Shown: positions 30,557 through 41,659, numbered from the stretch's first letter. The stretch is DNA of 64,000 bases from Candidatus Hodarchaeota archaeon (GCA_016839815.1 JAEOTM010000060.1:1-64000), one strand, 5' to 3'. A program made the numbers and translations. Notes: a model not told the origin generated them from the sequence alone.

Positions 30557-31078
30557 TTATGGATATCTAATAAAAATCCTTTCATGATCACCAATAATTT
30601 CATCCCTTGTCAGATAGAATATAATATTCTGTTTTCTGTCATTAATTGTGAAAAGGGATTTTGATTCAACTTTAAGGATAATCCCGTTCGTAAACCAACA
30701 TGAAATCGCTGAATGAGGAATTTGTTCGGGTTTAGCGTACAGGTGAACCTCATTAGTAGACGTATTACTCATTCGATATGGTGTGGAAGAAACTTGAAAG
30801 CTTAAAATAGGGAAGAGGGGATCATCCTCACGAAAAGCCAAAAATGTTGAGTTTATTTCCATTCGAATCAAACGTTGATTAATATGCAAAGTATCTTCAT
30901 CAATAAATCGCTGTAGATTCTGTTGGATCGAATCCATTTCCCCTTGGAGAGCGCCTGTTTTCATTAAGTTATAGTAAATCTTCGAGGAATCATAATAATG
31001 AAAGAACATAGATTGAGTGATCTGGTTCTTTCCTAAAGAGAAATAAGTTTCTGCAAAGATTGGCTTCTCCCGTTTCAT
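30557..31078 (-). CDS. Hypothetical protein
   Basis: 173-aa ORF with ATG start. Confidence 0.65.
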   Translation of the reverse strand: MKREKPIFAETYFSLGKNQITQSMFFHYYDSSKIYYNLMKTGALQGEMDSIQQNLQRFIDEDTLHINQRLIRMEINSTFLAFREDDPLFPILSFQVSSTPYRMSNTSTNEVHLYAKPEQIPHSAISCWFTNGIILKVESKSLFTINDRKQNIIFYLTRDEIIGDHERIFIRYP

Positions 31079-31151
31079 TTATTAGTCCCTGCGTACTCTC
31101 ATAAATTAATCTCTTAATATATACTTTGGATAATTTTGGAGTAGATCTTGT

Positions 31152-32204
31152 ATGAAAGAGCTTCCTGAAGGGAAAATTCCCTGGGATATTCTATCAAACC
31201 TTGTAAAACTACGAGGATATCAGAATACTTATGGGATTGTTCAAGAAGCAGCGCCTGGTATTGATATCGCAACTCTAAACCTCCAAGAAATTGCAGAATA
31301 TATTCAAGAGTACTATAACACCACTGAAATACCGTTGTTAATTTATAAGGCAGATCCAATAACTTTTCCTACACCTAATCCTGCAAAATATCTTATCATA
31401 GTGAATATGAATGATTTAGCCACTTGTGGAGCAATTCCTTATGGAATTACGATCACTGTACTCCTCCCCCCGGGAACATCTGATGAATTCGTACTTGGTT
31501 TCCAAAAGGAGTTATCAACCATCTGCGAGAAGAAGAGAATAGCAATCTTAGGAGGCCATAGTGAGGTGACCTCAAGTGTCTTATCCCCAGTTTATTCTGC
31601 AAGTATGATTGGTTTTGTACCACCAAAATATTATATACCACGGAATCCCAGACCTGGGGATGTAATCATTTGTTCTGGTTGGGTAGCGGCTGAAGGAACG
31701 GGTATCTTACTTACAGAAGATACAGAATACTTTTCAAAACTTTTATCTGAAGAAGAAATCGATGAAGGTATTGATATTGGTGGGTGTATTTCGATATCAG
31801 AGAAAGTACTTTCTCTAAATAGTAGATATCATGATGCTTTAAATCTAGTTCATGATGCGACAGAAGGTGGTGTATATGGAGCATTATTCGAATGTCTTGA
31901 ACCCTTAAATCTGGGGTGTGAGATTGATTCCTCTAAAATACCAATTTCTCCAATTACACAGAAAATCACCCAGCATCTCGGAATTAATCCTCATAAATTA
32001 ATCTCTTCAGGGTCCTTTCTTTTAGTTTGTACCCCCAACATGGCTTCCGAGATCATTCAGTACTTGGACGAGATTTCAAGTGAGCCAAATCGAATAATTG
32101 GATTGGTTACTCAGAAGGGTGATCCCTTGAATTTCGACGGTCAAAAAATGCATCCACCGAAGTCTGATGATCTTATTAAAGGTTTAACTCGAATGAAAGA
32201 ATAG
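31152..32204 (+). CDS. AIR synthase/HypE-related (PurM-like) protein
   Basis: GKIP, ADPITF, NDLATCGA, GGHSEVT, HDATEGG, LISSGSFL. Confidence 0.9.
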   Translation: MKELPEGKIPWDILSNLVKLRGYQNTYGIVQEAAPGIDIATLNLQEIAEYIQEYYNTTEIPLLIYKADPITFPTPNPAKYLIIVNMNDLATCGAIPYGITITVLLPPGTSDEFVLGFQKELSTICEKKRIAILGGHSEVTSSVLSPVYSASMIGFVPPKYYIPRNPRPGDVIICSGWVAAEGTGILLTEDTEYFSKLLSEEEIDEGIDIGGCISISEKVLSLNSRYHDALNLVHDATEGGVYGALFECLEPLNLGCEIDSSKIPISPITQKITQHLGINPHKLISSGSFLLVCTPNMASEIIQYLDEISSEPNRIIGLVTQKGDPLNFDGQKMHPPKSDDLIKGLTRMKE

Positions 32205-32205
32205 A

Positions 32206-33300
32206 TTAGACAGAAATTTCGTTCCTAACTCCATATGATTGCTGAGTGATGTAACTCTTTCCGTAGGGGATTAATTTTTCGTGGATTTTGAGTGCACTTG
32301 CGAAAGAGTCTGCTAAAGCAAACATACATCCACCAAATCCAGCACCTGTGATTTTTGCCCCGAGTGCTCCAGCAGCTCGAGCAATTTTGCACATTCTATC
32401 AATTTTCGGGTGTGAAACACGATAACAATCACTCAAGAATTGATGTTGTTCGTTAAGTAACAATCCAAGAGTATTTAAATCAGTATTTGGCGACTTAAAC
32501 TCTTTCAAGGCTTTTTGTGTATTGTCTCTGACACCTATGACTCCTTCTATTAATTTCTGGTCCTGTTGTGATACTCTTTTGTACGTATGGGTAGTATCAG
32601 AAAATTCTGCCAAATTTCTTACGTCAAACTCTTCTAAAGCTTTGAAAATCTTTCCTTGAATGTGTTTTAACGGGATATCAGCCTGACGGGGAATTTCTGA
32701 ATCACCGATTACAAAAAATGAATTTTCTGGAAGATTTAAAGGAGTAAATCTCACATTTTCTGATGTAGTCAGATGAAAGACTCCTCCAAAGGCAGAGCTC
32801 GTCTGATCCATTCTCCCACACGATACTCTAAGTATGTCGTGTTCTACAATATAGGCTGTATCTGCAATCGCTTCTACTGTTAATTCTTTCTGTAAAATGA
32901 TATTAGCTACTAAAAAAACAGTTGATACTATCAATGCAGCTGAAGAAGAGAGGCCTGACTTAATCGGTATAGTACTTTGTATTTTAACATTACTGGGTAA
33001 CGATTTTTTCGATATGGAGTTCTGATAGTAATTAAAAACAGCTTTAATATAGTCAAAGGGACTACCTGATAGTTTCTGGATATCTTTATGTTCAATTATT
33101 TCCGTAAGAGAAAGTGATCCACTACTGATTTTGAGGTTTGATTTCTCGGGATCTATTGTAAAGATGAGTTTTAGTCTTCGATTTATTGCCATTGGAATGA
33201 CTGGAAGACCAAGATAATCTTGATGCTCTCCAAACAAACAAATTCGTCCAGGACTACTTATTATGCCAGTAGTTTTCCTCGAATTCTGTATGTTAACCAT
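32206..33300 (-). CDS. GHMP kinase (galactokinase-like)
   Basis: PGRICLFGEHQDY, PIKSGLSSSAA, CGRMDQ, GAKITGAGFGGC. Confidence 0.9.
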   Translation of the reverse strand: MVNIQNSRKTTGIISSPGRICLFGEHQDYLGLPVIPMAINRRLKLIFTIDPEKSNLKISSGSLSLTEIIEHKDIQKLSGSPFDYIKAVFNYYQNSISKKSLPSNVKIQSTIPIKSGLSSSAALIVSTVFLVANIILQKELTVEAIADTAYIVEHDILRVSCGRMDQTSSAFGGVFHLTTSENVRFTPLNLPENSFFVIGDSEIPRQADIPLKHIQGKIFKALEEFDVRNLAEFSDTTHTYKRVSQQDQKLIEGVIGVRDNTQKALKEFKSPNTDLNTLGLLLNEQHQFLSDCYRVSHPKIDRMCKIARAAGALGAKITGAGFGGCMFALADSFASALKIHEKLIPYGKSYITQQSYGVRNEISV

Positions 33301-33497
33301 AATTTCATTCTCTTCGCGGTTTTAAGCTTCAACAAACTATGATCTAGAGTTTAGAATTATCTCATAAGTTATTTCAAATATTTTACTAGAGATCATGAAT
33401 TATTCATCCAAGTAATTCCAATTTAACACCATTATACTTGGATTCTAGGGTGATCTAATAGTTTTTATTCTATTCTCAAAAATGATATCTTGAGATC

Positions 33498-33842
33498 ATG
33501 GCAATCGCAAAATCCTTTCAAGAATCCTCTACTCATTTGTTAGAAGAGGATGTTATTCGAATAAATTTGGATCCGCTAATATTGGCAATGTTCACTGCTT
33601 TTGCTAGAGTATTAACTAGCAGAGATATAGCCTTGAATGTCGCCAATCTATTGTCTGAATTGAATTTAGTGATTCCTGAAAATTTGAATTCAGAAATTAT
33701 GGAATCCTTGAAAAATTTGGCTTCAAACAAATTTCTATATTCTAAAAACGGAGAATACTTACTTACAAAGTTAGGCGGAAGGTATGGAAAAAGTGCATTA
33801 CATGATTTTCGTGAGTCAGTACCCGAGTTCTTCAAAAATTGA
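33498..33842 (+). CDS. Small wHTH-like protein upstream of PCNA
   Basis: LKNLASNKFLYSKNGEYLLTKLG wing motif. Confidence 0.6.
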   Translation: MAIAKSFQESSTHLLEEDVIRINLDPLILAMFTAFARVLTSRDIALNVANLLSELNLVIPENLNSEIMESLKNLASNKFLYSKNGEYLLTKLGGRYGKSALHDFRESVPEFFKN

Positions 33843-33941
33843 TGCCTGTGTTTTTTTAATTACTCGGGCTATAGTAGGTAGTCACCACTAAATTCATAAA
33901 ACAAAACTCAGACAAACGATTATAGATCTGATCTTTGACAA

Positions 33942-34805
33942 GTGATGAAGATGACTCTTGAAATTAAGGTAGATGATTTAGATTTATTTACAAAGGTTCT
34001 AAATGCAACAGCTACAGTATTAGAAGATGAAGGAACTTTTGTTATTACCCCTAAAGATGGAATGACACTTAGAAATATGGACAAACCAAGATTTGCAATG
34101 GTTGACCTGAAAATTAAACCTGAATATTTCCATGGGGATTTCAAATGTGATAAAGAATACAAGATATCGATACAGATGCAAGATTTAAAGAAAATCTTGC
34201 AAAGAGGTGGAAAAGAGGATAGTTTGACAATTACTCTCGATGAAGGAAAAAATCTTCTAAATTTTACGTTTGAAGGGCGTGTAAAGCGCCAATTTATTCT
34301 TCCGTTATCAGAACCAGAGGAAAGTACACTTCCTGATCCCAATGCACTAAAATATGATATTAAAGCAGTATTATTTAGTGGTTCACTCACAGAATTTATA
34401 AAAGATGCATCAATCATCGGTGGAAGTATCAATTTGTATGCAGAATCAAACAAAATGATATTTAGCAGTTCACAGGATAATAGAGAGGTTAAAATCGAAA
34501 TTGATGCTCAATCAGAAAATTCTGCAGCAAAGCTTATTGAAGCTGAGGGAAAACATGAAGCATTATATTCAATCGATTCATTTAAAAACCTTATTTTAGT
34601 CGATCAAGCCTTTTCGGAGGTTCAACTTACGTTTACGTCAGTAAGGCCTCTTCATCTCCTCTATACTGATGCTCGTGGTATTGAACTTGGGTATTTGTTA
34701 GCTCCCATGCAACCAGATCTGGAAGATGAACTTGAAGGTGCATCATCTGAAGATGATTATGACGATGATGAATATGATGATGAATACGACGATGAAGAAG
34801 ATTAA
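33942..34805 (+). CDS. pcn: DNA sliding clamp PCNA with acidic C-terminal tail
   Basis: MDKPRFAMVDL, YLLAP, D/E tail; adjacent to RFC genes. Confidence 0.92.
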   Translation: MMKMTLEIKVDDLDLFTKVLNATATVLEDEGTFVITPKDGMTLRNMDKPRFAMVDLKIKPEYFHGDFKCDKEYKISIQMQDLKKILQRGGKEDSLTITLDEGKNLLNFTFEGRVKRQFILPLSEPEESTLPDPNALKYDIKAVLFSGSLTEFIKDASIIGGSINLYAESNKMIFSSSQDNREVKIEIDAQSENSAAKLIEAEGKHEALYSIDSFKNLILVDQAFSEVQLTFTSVRPLHLLYTDARGIELGYLLAPMQPDLEDELEGASSEDDYDDDEYDDEYDDEED

Positions 34806-34859
34806 ACTGTCGTTTTCTCTCACCCCACTTTTTTAGTCTTTTGATGTTTGTGATCAAAT

Positions 34860-35840
34860 TTGGTTACCACAGAACGAATGTGGACGGAATACTTTCGTCC
34901 AAAAACTCTAGATGACGTTGTTGGTCAACAAGAGATTGTTAACCGATTAAAACAACTTGTTACACAAGCTGACTTTCCTCATATGTTATTCTCAGGTCCC
35001 CCAGGGATCGGGAAGACCACATCAGCGGAAGCTGTGATTCATGAGGTATTTTCATCTTCTCAACGTGCTGCTAATGTTAAACGTCTTAATGCCTCCGATG
35101 ATCGTGGTATAAATGTCGTTCGGGAGGATATCAAAAATTTTGCACGTGTATTACCATCAGGAGGAGCTAGGTTCAAGCTCATCATTCTTGATGAGGCTGA
35201 TCAAATGACAAGTGAAGCTCAACACGCTTTAAGACGAACTATGGAAACTTATAACGAGATAACACGCTTTATTTTGATCTGCAACTACAGTTCAAAGATA
35301 ATATCTCCAATTCAATCTAGATGTGCAATATTTCGATTTAAAGGACTGAAAAAAGAAGAAGTCATCTCACGATTGCGTTTCATCGCTTCAGATAAAGGCT
35401 TGAAGATTAATAAAAGTGGTTTAGAAGCTCTATATGATAGTTCAGGGGGGGATATGAGACAGGCAATCAATGCCCTACAAGCTGCAGCTTCTTTAACTAA
35501 AGATGTTACAGACAAAGTTGTTTTCCAAGTTCAGGGATACATTAAACCAGCTGAATTAGCAGATATTATTTTCCACTGTATCGGGTCTAAACCAAATTTC
35601 AGTCTTGCACGAAAAAAAGTGGTAACTTTAATGGAATCTTATGGACTTTCTGGTCAGGATCTAGTTAAACAATTCAATAGTCAACTAAGCACTCTTCCTG
35701 AAGAGGAGCTCCCAGGTTCTATTCGTTATGAAGCATTAGCGATGCTTTCTGATGTTGATTATCGTTTAGCATCAGGATGTAATCCTCTTGTTCAATTTGA
35801 TGCATTTCTTGCTAAATTAATAGCTTTATCACAGTCCTGA
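34860..35840 (+). CDS. rfcS: Replication factor C small subunit
   Basis: WTEYFRP, GPPGIGKT, LNASDDRG, LDEAD, QSRC, GDMR. Confidence 0.96.
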   Translation: MVTTERMWTEYFRPKTLDDVVGQQEIVNRLKQLVTQADFPHMLFSGPPGIGKTTSAEAVIHEVFSSSQRAANVKRLNASDDRGINVVREDIKNFARVLPSGGARFKLIILDEADQMTSEAQHALRRTMETYNEITRFILICNYSSKIISPIQSRCAIFRFKGLKKEEVISRLRFIASDKGLKINKSGLEALYDSSGGDMRQAINALQAAASLTKDVTDKVVFQVQGYIKPAELADIIFHCIGSKPNFSLARKKVVTLMESYGLSGQDLVKQFNSQLSTLPEEELPGSIRYEALAMLSDVDYRLASGCNPLVQFDAFLAKLIALSQS

Positions 35841-35850
35841 GGTAATATCA

Positions 35851-37473
35851 TTGGTCTCTTGGACGCACAAGTATGCGCCCCAAAATCGATCCGAAGTTGT
35901 TGGCAATAATACAAGCGTAAATTCAATCATTGGCTATTTAAATCGATTTAGGAATGCAAAACTAAGAACAAGAGGTACTAAAAACGCTTTACTTCTTTTC
36001 GGCCCTCCAGGGATTGGAAAAACAAGCTCTGTTCTCGCCATTGCAAAATCTCTAAATTTTGACGTTGTAGTTGTCAATGCCAGTGATAAACGAAACAAAG
36101 CTTCTCTTCAAACTGTGAAAAACGCTTCTTTGTTCAGTTCCTTAGAGGAAAGTCTAAGCGAGAAAATTATTGGCCAAATCCTTCTTATAGATGAGGTAGA
36201 TGGATTAAGTGGAAGTGCTGATCGTGGGGGTATACGGGAGATTGTTGAAATAATCAAATCAACACGAGTACCGATTATACTGACGGCAAATGATATTTCA
36301 AATCAAAAATTCAAAACTCTTCGTACACACTGCGAACTAAGTAGATTCGACTCACCTGAAGAGAATGAAATTCTAAAAATCCTAAAAAGAATTGCATCAG
36401 CCGAATCGATATCAGTTTCAGATAAAGTTCTCTTTGCGATTATTGAGAATAGTAATCATGATATTAGAGGTTCGATAAACTCATTACAAACATTGTCTGG
36501 GGGTAGAAATGAAATTACAGAGGAAGATTTATCGATTTTATCATATCGAGATACATCGGTTGATATCCGAGAATTTCTCAGAAGTATTTTTATTGAGCGA
36601 GATGGAGAAAAAGCGTATCGACAGACACGTGTTCTTACTGATGTGGATTATAACAAGTTACTATTGTTATTACGAGATGTCACTGCAAGAATTATTGGAC
36701 AAGATGATTATCAACAGCTATCCAATGTGTATTCTCTCTTAGCAAAGGCAGATCTTGCACTAACCCGTGCTTCCCGCCAAAGAATCTGGTCACAGCTCTA
36801 TTATTACTACTTTCATGTCACTAAAGGTTTAACAGCTCTTCTTCCACAAGTTGACTATCTACCTCCCTTCCAAGATTGGCAACTTCAAGTTCCACAATTC
36901 TGGATCACTCTCTCAAGGCAGAGAAGGGGAAAGAATATTGGATTAAAAGTAGGGCAATCCTGCTTGGTTTCAAGTAATATCGCCATTCGGGATATATTTC
37001 CATATCTTCGAGTAATTTTCAATAACGATGCAGAAATGGCCGCAGACTTAGCAATAGAGTTTAAGTTGTTTGATCTTGAAGCAGGTAAACGAAAAACTAA
37101 GATTGTATGGAATAAGGAAATTGATTACTTTACTAAAGATCCAAGGATGAGTAAAGAAATTAAAAGCCTTATACGTAAAAAATTTCCACTTATTGAAAAG
37201 ATACAAAGCCAAGATATTGACGAAAGTCTTCTACTTGAGATTCAGGAACAACAAGCAGCATTAAAAGCTTCTTATGTGTCCAAAAAGCCTTCATCGAAAA
37301 TAAAAGAAAAACATACAAAATCAACAAGATCTCGTAAGCAAAAAAAGAAAATTCCAACTAAAAAATCCGATTCCAAACAAATCGAGCTTTTAGAAAAACC
37401 AAAAGAAGAAAAATCAAAGAAAAAGCGGAAAAAATCCAAACAAGCTCCGAAAACGTTAGCGGAGTTTTTCTAG
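35851..37473 (+). CDS. rfcL: Replication factor C large subunit
   Basis: WTHKYAP, GPPGIGKT, NASDKR, IDEVDG; Lys-rich tail ending in PIP-like KTLAEFF. Confidence 0.95.
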   Translation: MVSWTHKYAPQNRSEVVGNNTSVNSIIGYLNRFRNAKLRTRGTKNALLLFGPPGIGKTSSVLAIAKSLNFDVVVVNASDKRNKASLQTVKNASLFSSLEESLSEKIIGQILLIDEVDGLSGSADRGGIREIVEIIKSTRVPIILTANDISNQKFKTLRTHCELSRFDSPEENEILKILKRIASAESISVSDKVLFAIIENSNHDIRGSINSLQTLSGGRNEITEEDLSILSYRDTSVDIREFLRSIFIERDGEKAYRQTRVLTDVDYNKLLLLLRDVTARIIGQDDYQQLSNVYSLLAKADLALTRASRQRIWSQLYYYYFHVTKGLTALLPQVDYLPPFQDWQLQVPQFWITLSRQRRGKNIGLKVGQSCLVSSNIAIRDIFPYLRVIFNNDAEMAADLAIEFKLFDLEAGKRKTKIVWNKEIDYFTKDPRMSKEIKSLIRKKFPLIEKIQSQDIDESLLLEIQEQQAALKASYVSKKPSSKIKEKHTKSTRSRKQKKKIPTKKSDSKQIELLEKPKEEKSKKKRKKSKQAPKTLAEFF

Positions 37474-37493
37474 AAAGAAAAATTACTATTAAA

Positions 37494-39383
37494 TTAAAGC
37501 TGGTCAAGTCTATATTTTGCTTTGGAGTACATATAACTGATCTCCAAATCTTTTGCTTCTTGGGCGACCTGACGAATCATATTCATTCCATTAACATGAA
37601 ATCCTTGCTTGATTCGTAGATTTGCCTTTAAAAATTGAGAATCCAGTAACAACCCGAGACTCCCACTCGTTGATGCTTTTTCATCAGCAAATGAAAGATG
37701 TCGTTCAGCAAGTTTTAGGTTACCTTTTTCTAATTCAAGATATCCTAAACTAAGATGAGCATCAATGAAGCTACGTAAATTTACTAAATCAGTACTTATT
37801 ACATCTAAAGAATTATGGAACCATTTAGATGCTTCTTTGAACTCTTCCATTAACAAGTATGTATGTCCTTTGCTTAAATATATGAGAGATAAGCCAGTTA
37901 TGGAATTCCATTGATTTAATTGTGTTTCTGCCTGTTCAAGTAACTTCAAAGCAGCTTCTTCATGTGAATGAAGTGTAAGGAGTTCTGCTAGCAGTGAAAC
38001 ATTCTGGGGGTTTGTCCTGTTCTTTTCTTGAAATAGAGGTTGAAGAACATTAATCCCTTCTTTGAATTCCATTTGATTTCTATAGAATATAGCTTCTGAG
38101 CGTAAGAATCGTGTGAATACTGGGGAAGTGGTCGGTATAGATACAAGTTGTTCTCTTCCACCTTCAAAAATCTGTTTTGCTGTTCTGAAATCTCCTCTTG
38201 CGACGGCAATGTCTCCACGTGTATGAGCAATATCTAACTGTAAGGGATTTCTTATCTCACTTGACAAATCAAGATGATTTAGTGTTCGTTCAGCGTAGTT
38301 CAGATGTTCTATAGCCTTTGCCCACGAATTCAGACCCTTTAAAATCTTAGCGTAATTTAAATTTGCTTGTAGAAAGTAAGTTATTTTCAGATCATCATCA
38401 GTTGATCGGACGGCGGAATTCAAAAAGTGTAATGCCCACTCTTGAGCTTCCATAAAACGATATAAATTATAAAAGAAATTACTTAATTTTTCTTCAGTAA
38501 ACATGATTGAGAGTTCATTTTTTTGTATAGTATGAATGTATAATTTCATAGAAAGCATATCTAAGGTTTTCTTGTATAGTCCAATTCTCCAATAACCACT
38601 AGCCATTTCATCCAGACTATCTCCTATACTAGATTTATCTTCTAAGGTTTCGACTATTTTTTCGGCACGCTGAAAAAGGTACAATCCTTTAGAAATAGTA
38701 ACACTATTCAAAATCTGAAGACAGCCAGCTAAAACCGCGAAAGAAATAGCAGTTGGATCTCCTTCCAATGCTTGAATATTTTTCAACGCAAGCTCAAACA
38801 AAACATTTGTTTCTTTGAATCGTCCAGCCTCGTATAGCTTAACTGCCTTTTCAACTAAACTAGATGATTCTTGATAGATTGAGGACGGGGAGCGTAGAAG
38901 CGTCACTGAGCTTCTGACAATGTTAATTAAATTCCTCTGAACATTGAACCTCTCAATCAGCTCTAAATCAACCTGTTCGGTTAAGCGACTGTCCCTAAAG
39001 TCCAAAATTCCTTCAGCGGTTTTTGAAAACTTCTCATCTTCAATAGCATTCCACAAAATTTTAGCCGTCTGGACTTCTGACTCCCATGGCTCACTTCCAG
39101 TTTCACGTGTCTCTTCATACACTTTCTTAAAAATGTCCATAAAATCTTGTTGCCATATGAACTCAATTTCGCGAGATTTGTTATAGAGGGCCATTTTATC
39201 AGTGATAACTTGTGAAAAGAGCTTACCGGATAAAAGAAAGTATGAATCTTTATTAGTAATGCCACGAAGACTTGAAATAATCTCTCTTTCTCTTTCTTGA
39301 GTATCCAAATATTCGATATCTCCAAATGCAATACTTTGAAGATATTTGTTTATAATGGAAACTTGTTCACTCGTGGCTCTCAC
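37494..39383 (-). CDS. TPR-repeat protein
   Basis: TPR-like units KGHTYLLMEEFKEASKWF, LGYLELEKGNLKLAERHL and others. Confidence 0.8.
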   Translation of the reverse strand: MRATSEQVSIINKYLQSIAFGDIEYLDTQEREREIISSLRGITNKDSYFLLSGKLFSQVITDKMALYNKSREIEFIWQQDFMDIFKKVYEETRETGSEPWESEVQTAKILWNAIEDEKFSKTAEGILDFRDSRLTEQVDLELIERFNVQRNLINIVRSSVTLLRSPSSIYQESSSLVEKAVKLYEAGRFKETNVLFELALKNIQALEGDPTAISFAVLAGCLQILNSVTISKGLYLFQRAEKIVETLEDKSSIGDSLDEMASGYWRIGLYKKTLDMLSMKLYIHTIQKNELSIMFTEEKLSNFFYNLYRFMEAQEWALHFLNSAVRSTDDDLKITYFLQANLNYAKILKGLNSWAKAIEHLNYAERTLNHLDLSSEIRNPLQLDIAHTRGDIAVARGDFRTAKQIFEGGREQLVSIPTTSPVFTRFLRSEAIFYRNQMEFKEGINVLQPLFQEKNRTNPQNVSLLAELLTLHSHEEAALKLLEQAETQLNQWNSITGLSLIYLSKGHTYLLMEEFKEASKWFHNSLDVISTDLVNLRSFIDAHLSLGYLELEKGNLKLAERHLSFADEKASTSGSLGLLLDSQFLKANLRIKQGFHVNGMNMIRQVAQEAKDLEISYMYSKAKYRLDQL

Positions 39384-39461
39384 AAAAATATAATAGAATA
39401 TACCGAATAAAAGATTGACGAAAAGGGTCTAGGTTTTATTTTAAGCAAGAGGTAATTATTT

Positions 39462-40550
39462 ATGAATTCAAAGCTCTTAAGAGTTGAAAAGCTACAACAT
39501 AAGATGAGAAATGCGGATATAGATTGTGTAATTGTACCTCTGGGTATAAATTTTTGTTGGTTGTATAGTATCAAAGAAGATCCTTCAGAGAGACTATTAA
39601 TAAGTGTTATTACGTCAGAAGGAGTGCCAACCTTTCTTGTTCCATCTTTTGAGGCCGACCGTATAAAGAAGGCATCTGGTGTGTCTCAAGTCATCGGATG
39701 GAATGAAACTGAGGATCCATTTAAACTTTTAGCGTCTGAAGTAATCCAAAAGGATGTAAAAAAGATAGCTATTGACCCTAAATTGTGGTTTTCGGTATAT
39801 CAATCCATTTCCCAAAGTCTTTCTGGAAAAGAGTTCACGAATGGAGAAAATCTGTTCGCATCATTACGAAGTGTCAAAGATGAAACCGAGATTAAAAATA
39901 TGCAAAAAGCACGCCAAAAATCGAGTGAAGCAATAATGAAGACATTGTATGAACTAGAAAAGGGTATAATGGAATCTGATGTTCAAACTATGCTTAAAAA
40001 TCGGTTGGCTTTAGAACCAAGTGACTCATTTTTCAATCTAGTGCAGTTTGGAGACAATTCTGCCTTACCTCATTATCATGGGGGTGATAGAATATTACAA
40101 AAGAATGATGTGGTTCTAATTGATGCAGGTGGAACATATAAAAACTATTGGGGGGATATTACGATAACTTCTGTATTTGGGCAAGCAAGTAAAAAGTTTA
40201 AAGAGATCTTCACTCATGTAAATGAAGCAAATATTCGTGGGAAGGAACTAGCAAGTCAAGGAGACACCCCGCATGAGATTGATGTAGGTACACGCAATGT
40301 TATAGTGAAAGGTGGATATGGGGACTTTTTTACTCATAGAACTGGTCATGGTTTAGGTTTGGAAGTGCACGAACATCCTTATATTGTTGAAGGTAATGAA
40401 AGTCCTTTAGTAACAGGCAATTGTTTTACTATTGAACCAGGAATCTATCTTCCAGGAGAATTTGGGATAAGAATTGAGGATAACGTTATTAAACTAGACA
40501 AAGGTATTTCTGCAAGTGAAATACCACGTCTAGAGCTCTTGGAGATATGA
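39462..40550 (+). CDS. Xaa-Pro peptidase (M24B)
   Basis: LRSVKDETEI, PHY, IDAGG...GDIT, HRTGHGLGLEVHEHP, TIEPGIY, GIRIED. Confidence 0.95.
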   Translation: MNSKLLRVEKLQHKMRNADIDCVIVPLGINFCWLYSIKEDPSERLLISVITSEGVPTFLVPSFEADRIKKASGVSQVIGWNETEDPFKLLASEVIQKDVKKIAIDPKLWFSVYQSISQSLSGKEFTNGENLFASLRSVKDETEIKNMQKARQKSSEAIMKTLYELEKGIMESDVQTMLKNRLALEPSDSFFNLVQFGDNSALPHYHGGDRILQKNDVVLIDAGGTYKNYWGDITITSVFGQASKKFKEIFTHVNEANIRGKELASQGDTPHEIDVGTRNVIVKGGYGDFFTHRTGHGLGLEVHEHPYIVEGNESPLVTGNCFTIEPGIYLPGEFGIRIEDNVIKLDKGISASEIPRLELLEI

Positions 40551-40636
40551 ATAGAGAGAACTGTTCAGTTATTATTGTACGAATATATTTAAGATAAAGA
40601 AACTTAGGGAAATAATAAGAACCAAGAAAGGAGACT

Positions 40637-41659
40637 TTGACGAGGATGGAAATTCGTAAAATCCAAGTTACAGGAGCGGGAGATACAAGGATTATCTCAT
40701 TACCAAAGGATTGGGCAGCACGCCATCAGCTCGATAAGGGGTCAAATGTAGTAATTAAAGAGATGTCCTCGGGTGAATTACTCATTTACCCAACTGAAAT
40801 TCCAGTAGAGAAAAGGATTACCCGAATTCAAGAATCTGCTCATGTTAGTCGCGATGTACTAGCAGCTTATCTCTTGGGAAGCGATGTAATAATAATTGAG
40901 TCAGAAAAAGACACTCCTCTTCAAAATAAAAGTGGGATTCGGAATCTAAGCCGACAACTCGTAGGATTAGAAATACTTGGAGAAACTCAAGAAAGCATTG
41001 AATTACACTTTCTAATTGATTCAAGCTCTCTGCCAAATCCACGTGAATATGTTCATCGATGTTTTTCAATTGCTAATCAGATGCAGAGTGATGCTATCTC
41101 GGCTTTTATTAACGACGATATTACTCTAGCAGAAGAAGTTATTGAGCGGGATGTTGAAGTTAATCGTCTGTACTTTCTCATTGTCAGAATGCTCAAAATA
41201 ATGGTTAATGATAAACGAGAGATTTCTAACATTAGACCTACAACCTGTCTAGACTGGCGTATGGTAGCTGCATACGGTGAAAATTTAGGAGATGCATCTG
41301 TAGATTTTGCTAAGACCGTTAAGAAGAATCAAAACATGAAGGAAACTCTTACCAAGTCAACATTGAGTAAAATACAAAATTTAAGTAATTTACTGACAAC
41401 GGTACTGACTGAAAGCTTGGATTCATTTTTCGCAGGAGATGTGCTAGCAGCAGAAGAACTAAAGTATAGAATCGATAATAAATTGAAAGATGTTCATAAA
41501 GAGATTCAAGAAGATATTTCCAAGCATGAAAAAGAAGTTGTTTCTAAGTTAACTTCATTAATCAGCTTTTTAGCCCAATTACGTGAAGTAGCAATAGATA
41601 TTGGAGATCTGGTAATCGCAAATGACACTTCATTGAATGACCACTATTTAAGAGATTAA
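40637..41659 (+). CDS. Phosphate uptake regulator (AbrB/MazE + PhoU domains)
   Basis: RKIQVTG...ISLPKDW, AAYLLG, ERDVEVNRLYFLIVR. Confidence 0.9.
   Translation: MTRMEIRKIQVTGAGDTRIISLPKDWAARHQLDKGSNVVIKEMSSGELLIYPTEIPVEKRITRIQESAHVSRDVLAAYLLGSDVIIIESEKDTPLQNKSGIRNLSRQLVGLEILGETQESIELHFLIDSSSLPNPREYVHRCFSIANQMQSDAISAFINDDITLAEEVIERDVEVNRLYFLIVRMLKIMVNDKREISNIRPTTCLDWRMVAAYGENLGDASVDFAKTVKKNQNMKETLTKSTLSKIQNLSNLLTTVLTESLDSFFAGDVLAAEELKYRIDNKLKDVHKEIQEDISKHEKEVVSKLTSLISFLAQLREVAIDIGDLVIANDTSLNDHYLRD

Noticed and set aside
31152-32204. Possible selenophosphate synthetase or selenoprotein system
   Set aside because: No N-terminal Cys/Sec-x-x-Lys SelD motif, and no in-frame TGA or SECIS seen; generic AIR-synthase family
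33920-34453. 177-aa minus-strand ORF, and the many other 60-120 aa overlapping ORFs in the track
   Set aside because: Antisense or out-of-frame to clearly conserved genes, with shadow-ORF composition
34750-34805. GATGA-type tandem repeats resembling box C or a VNTR
   Set aside because: Coding sequence of the PCNA acidic tail
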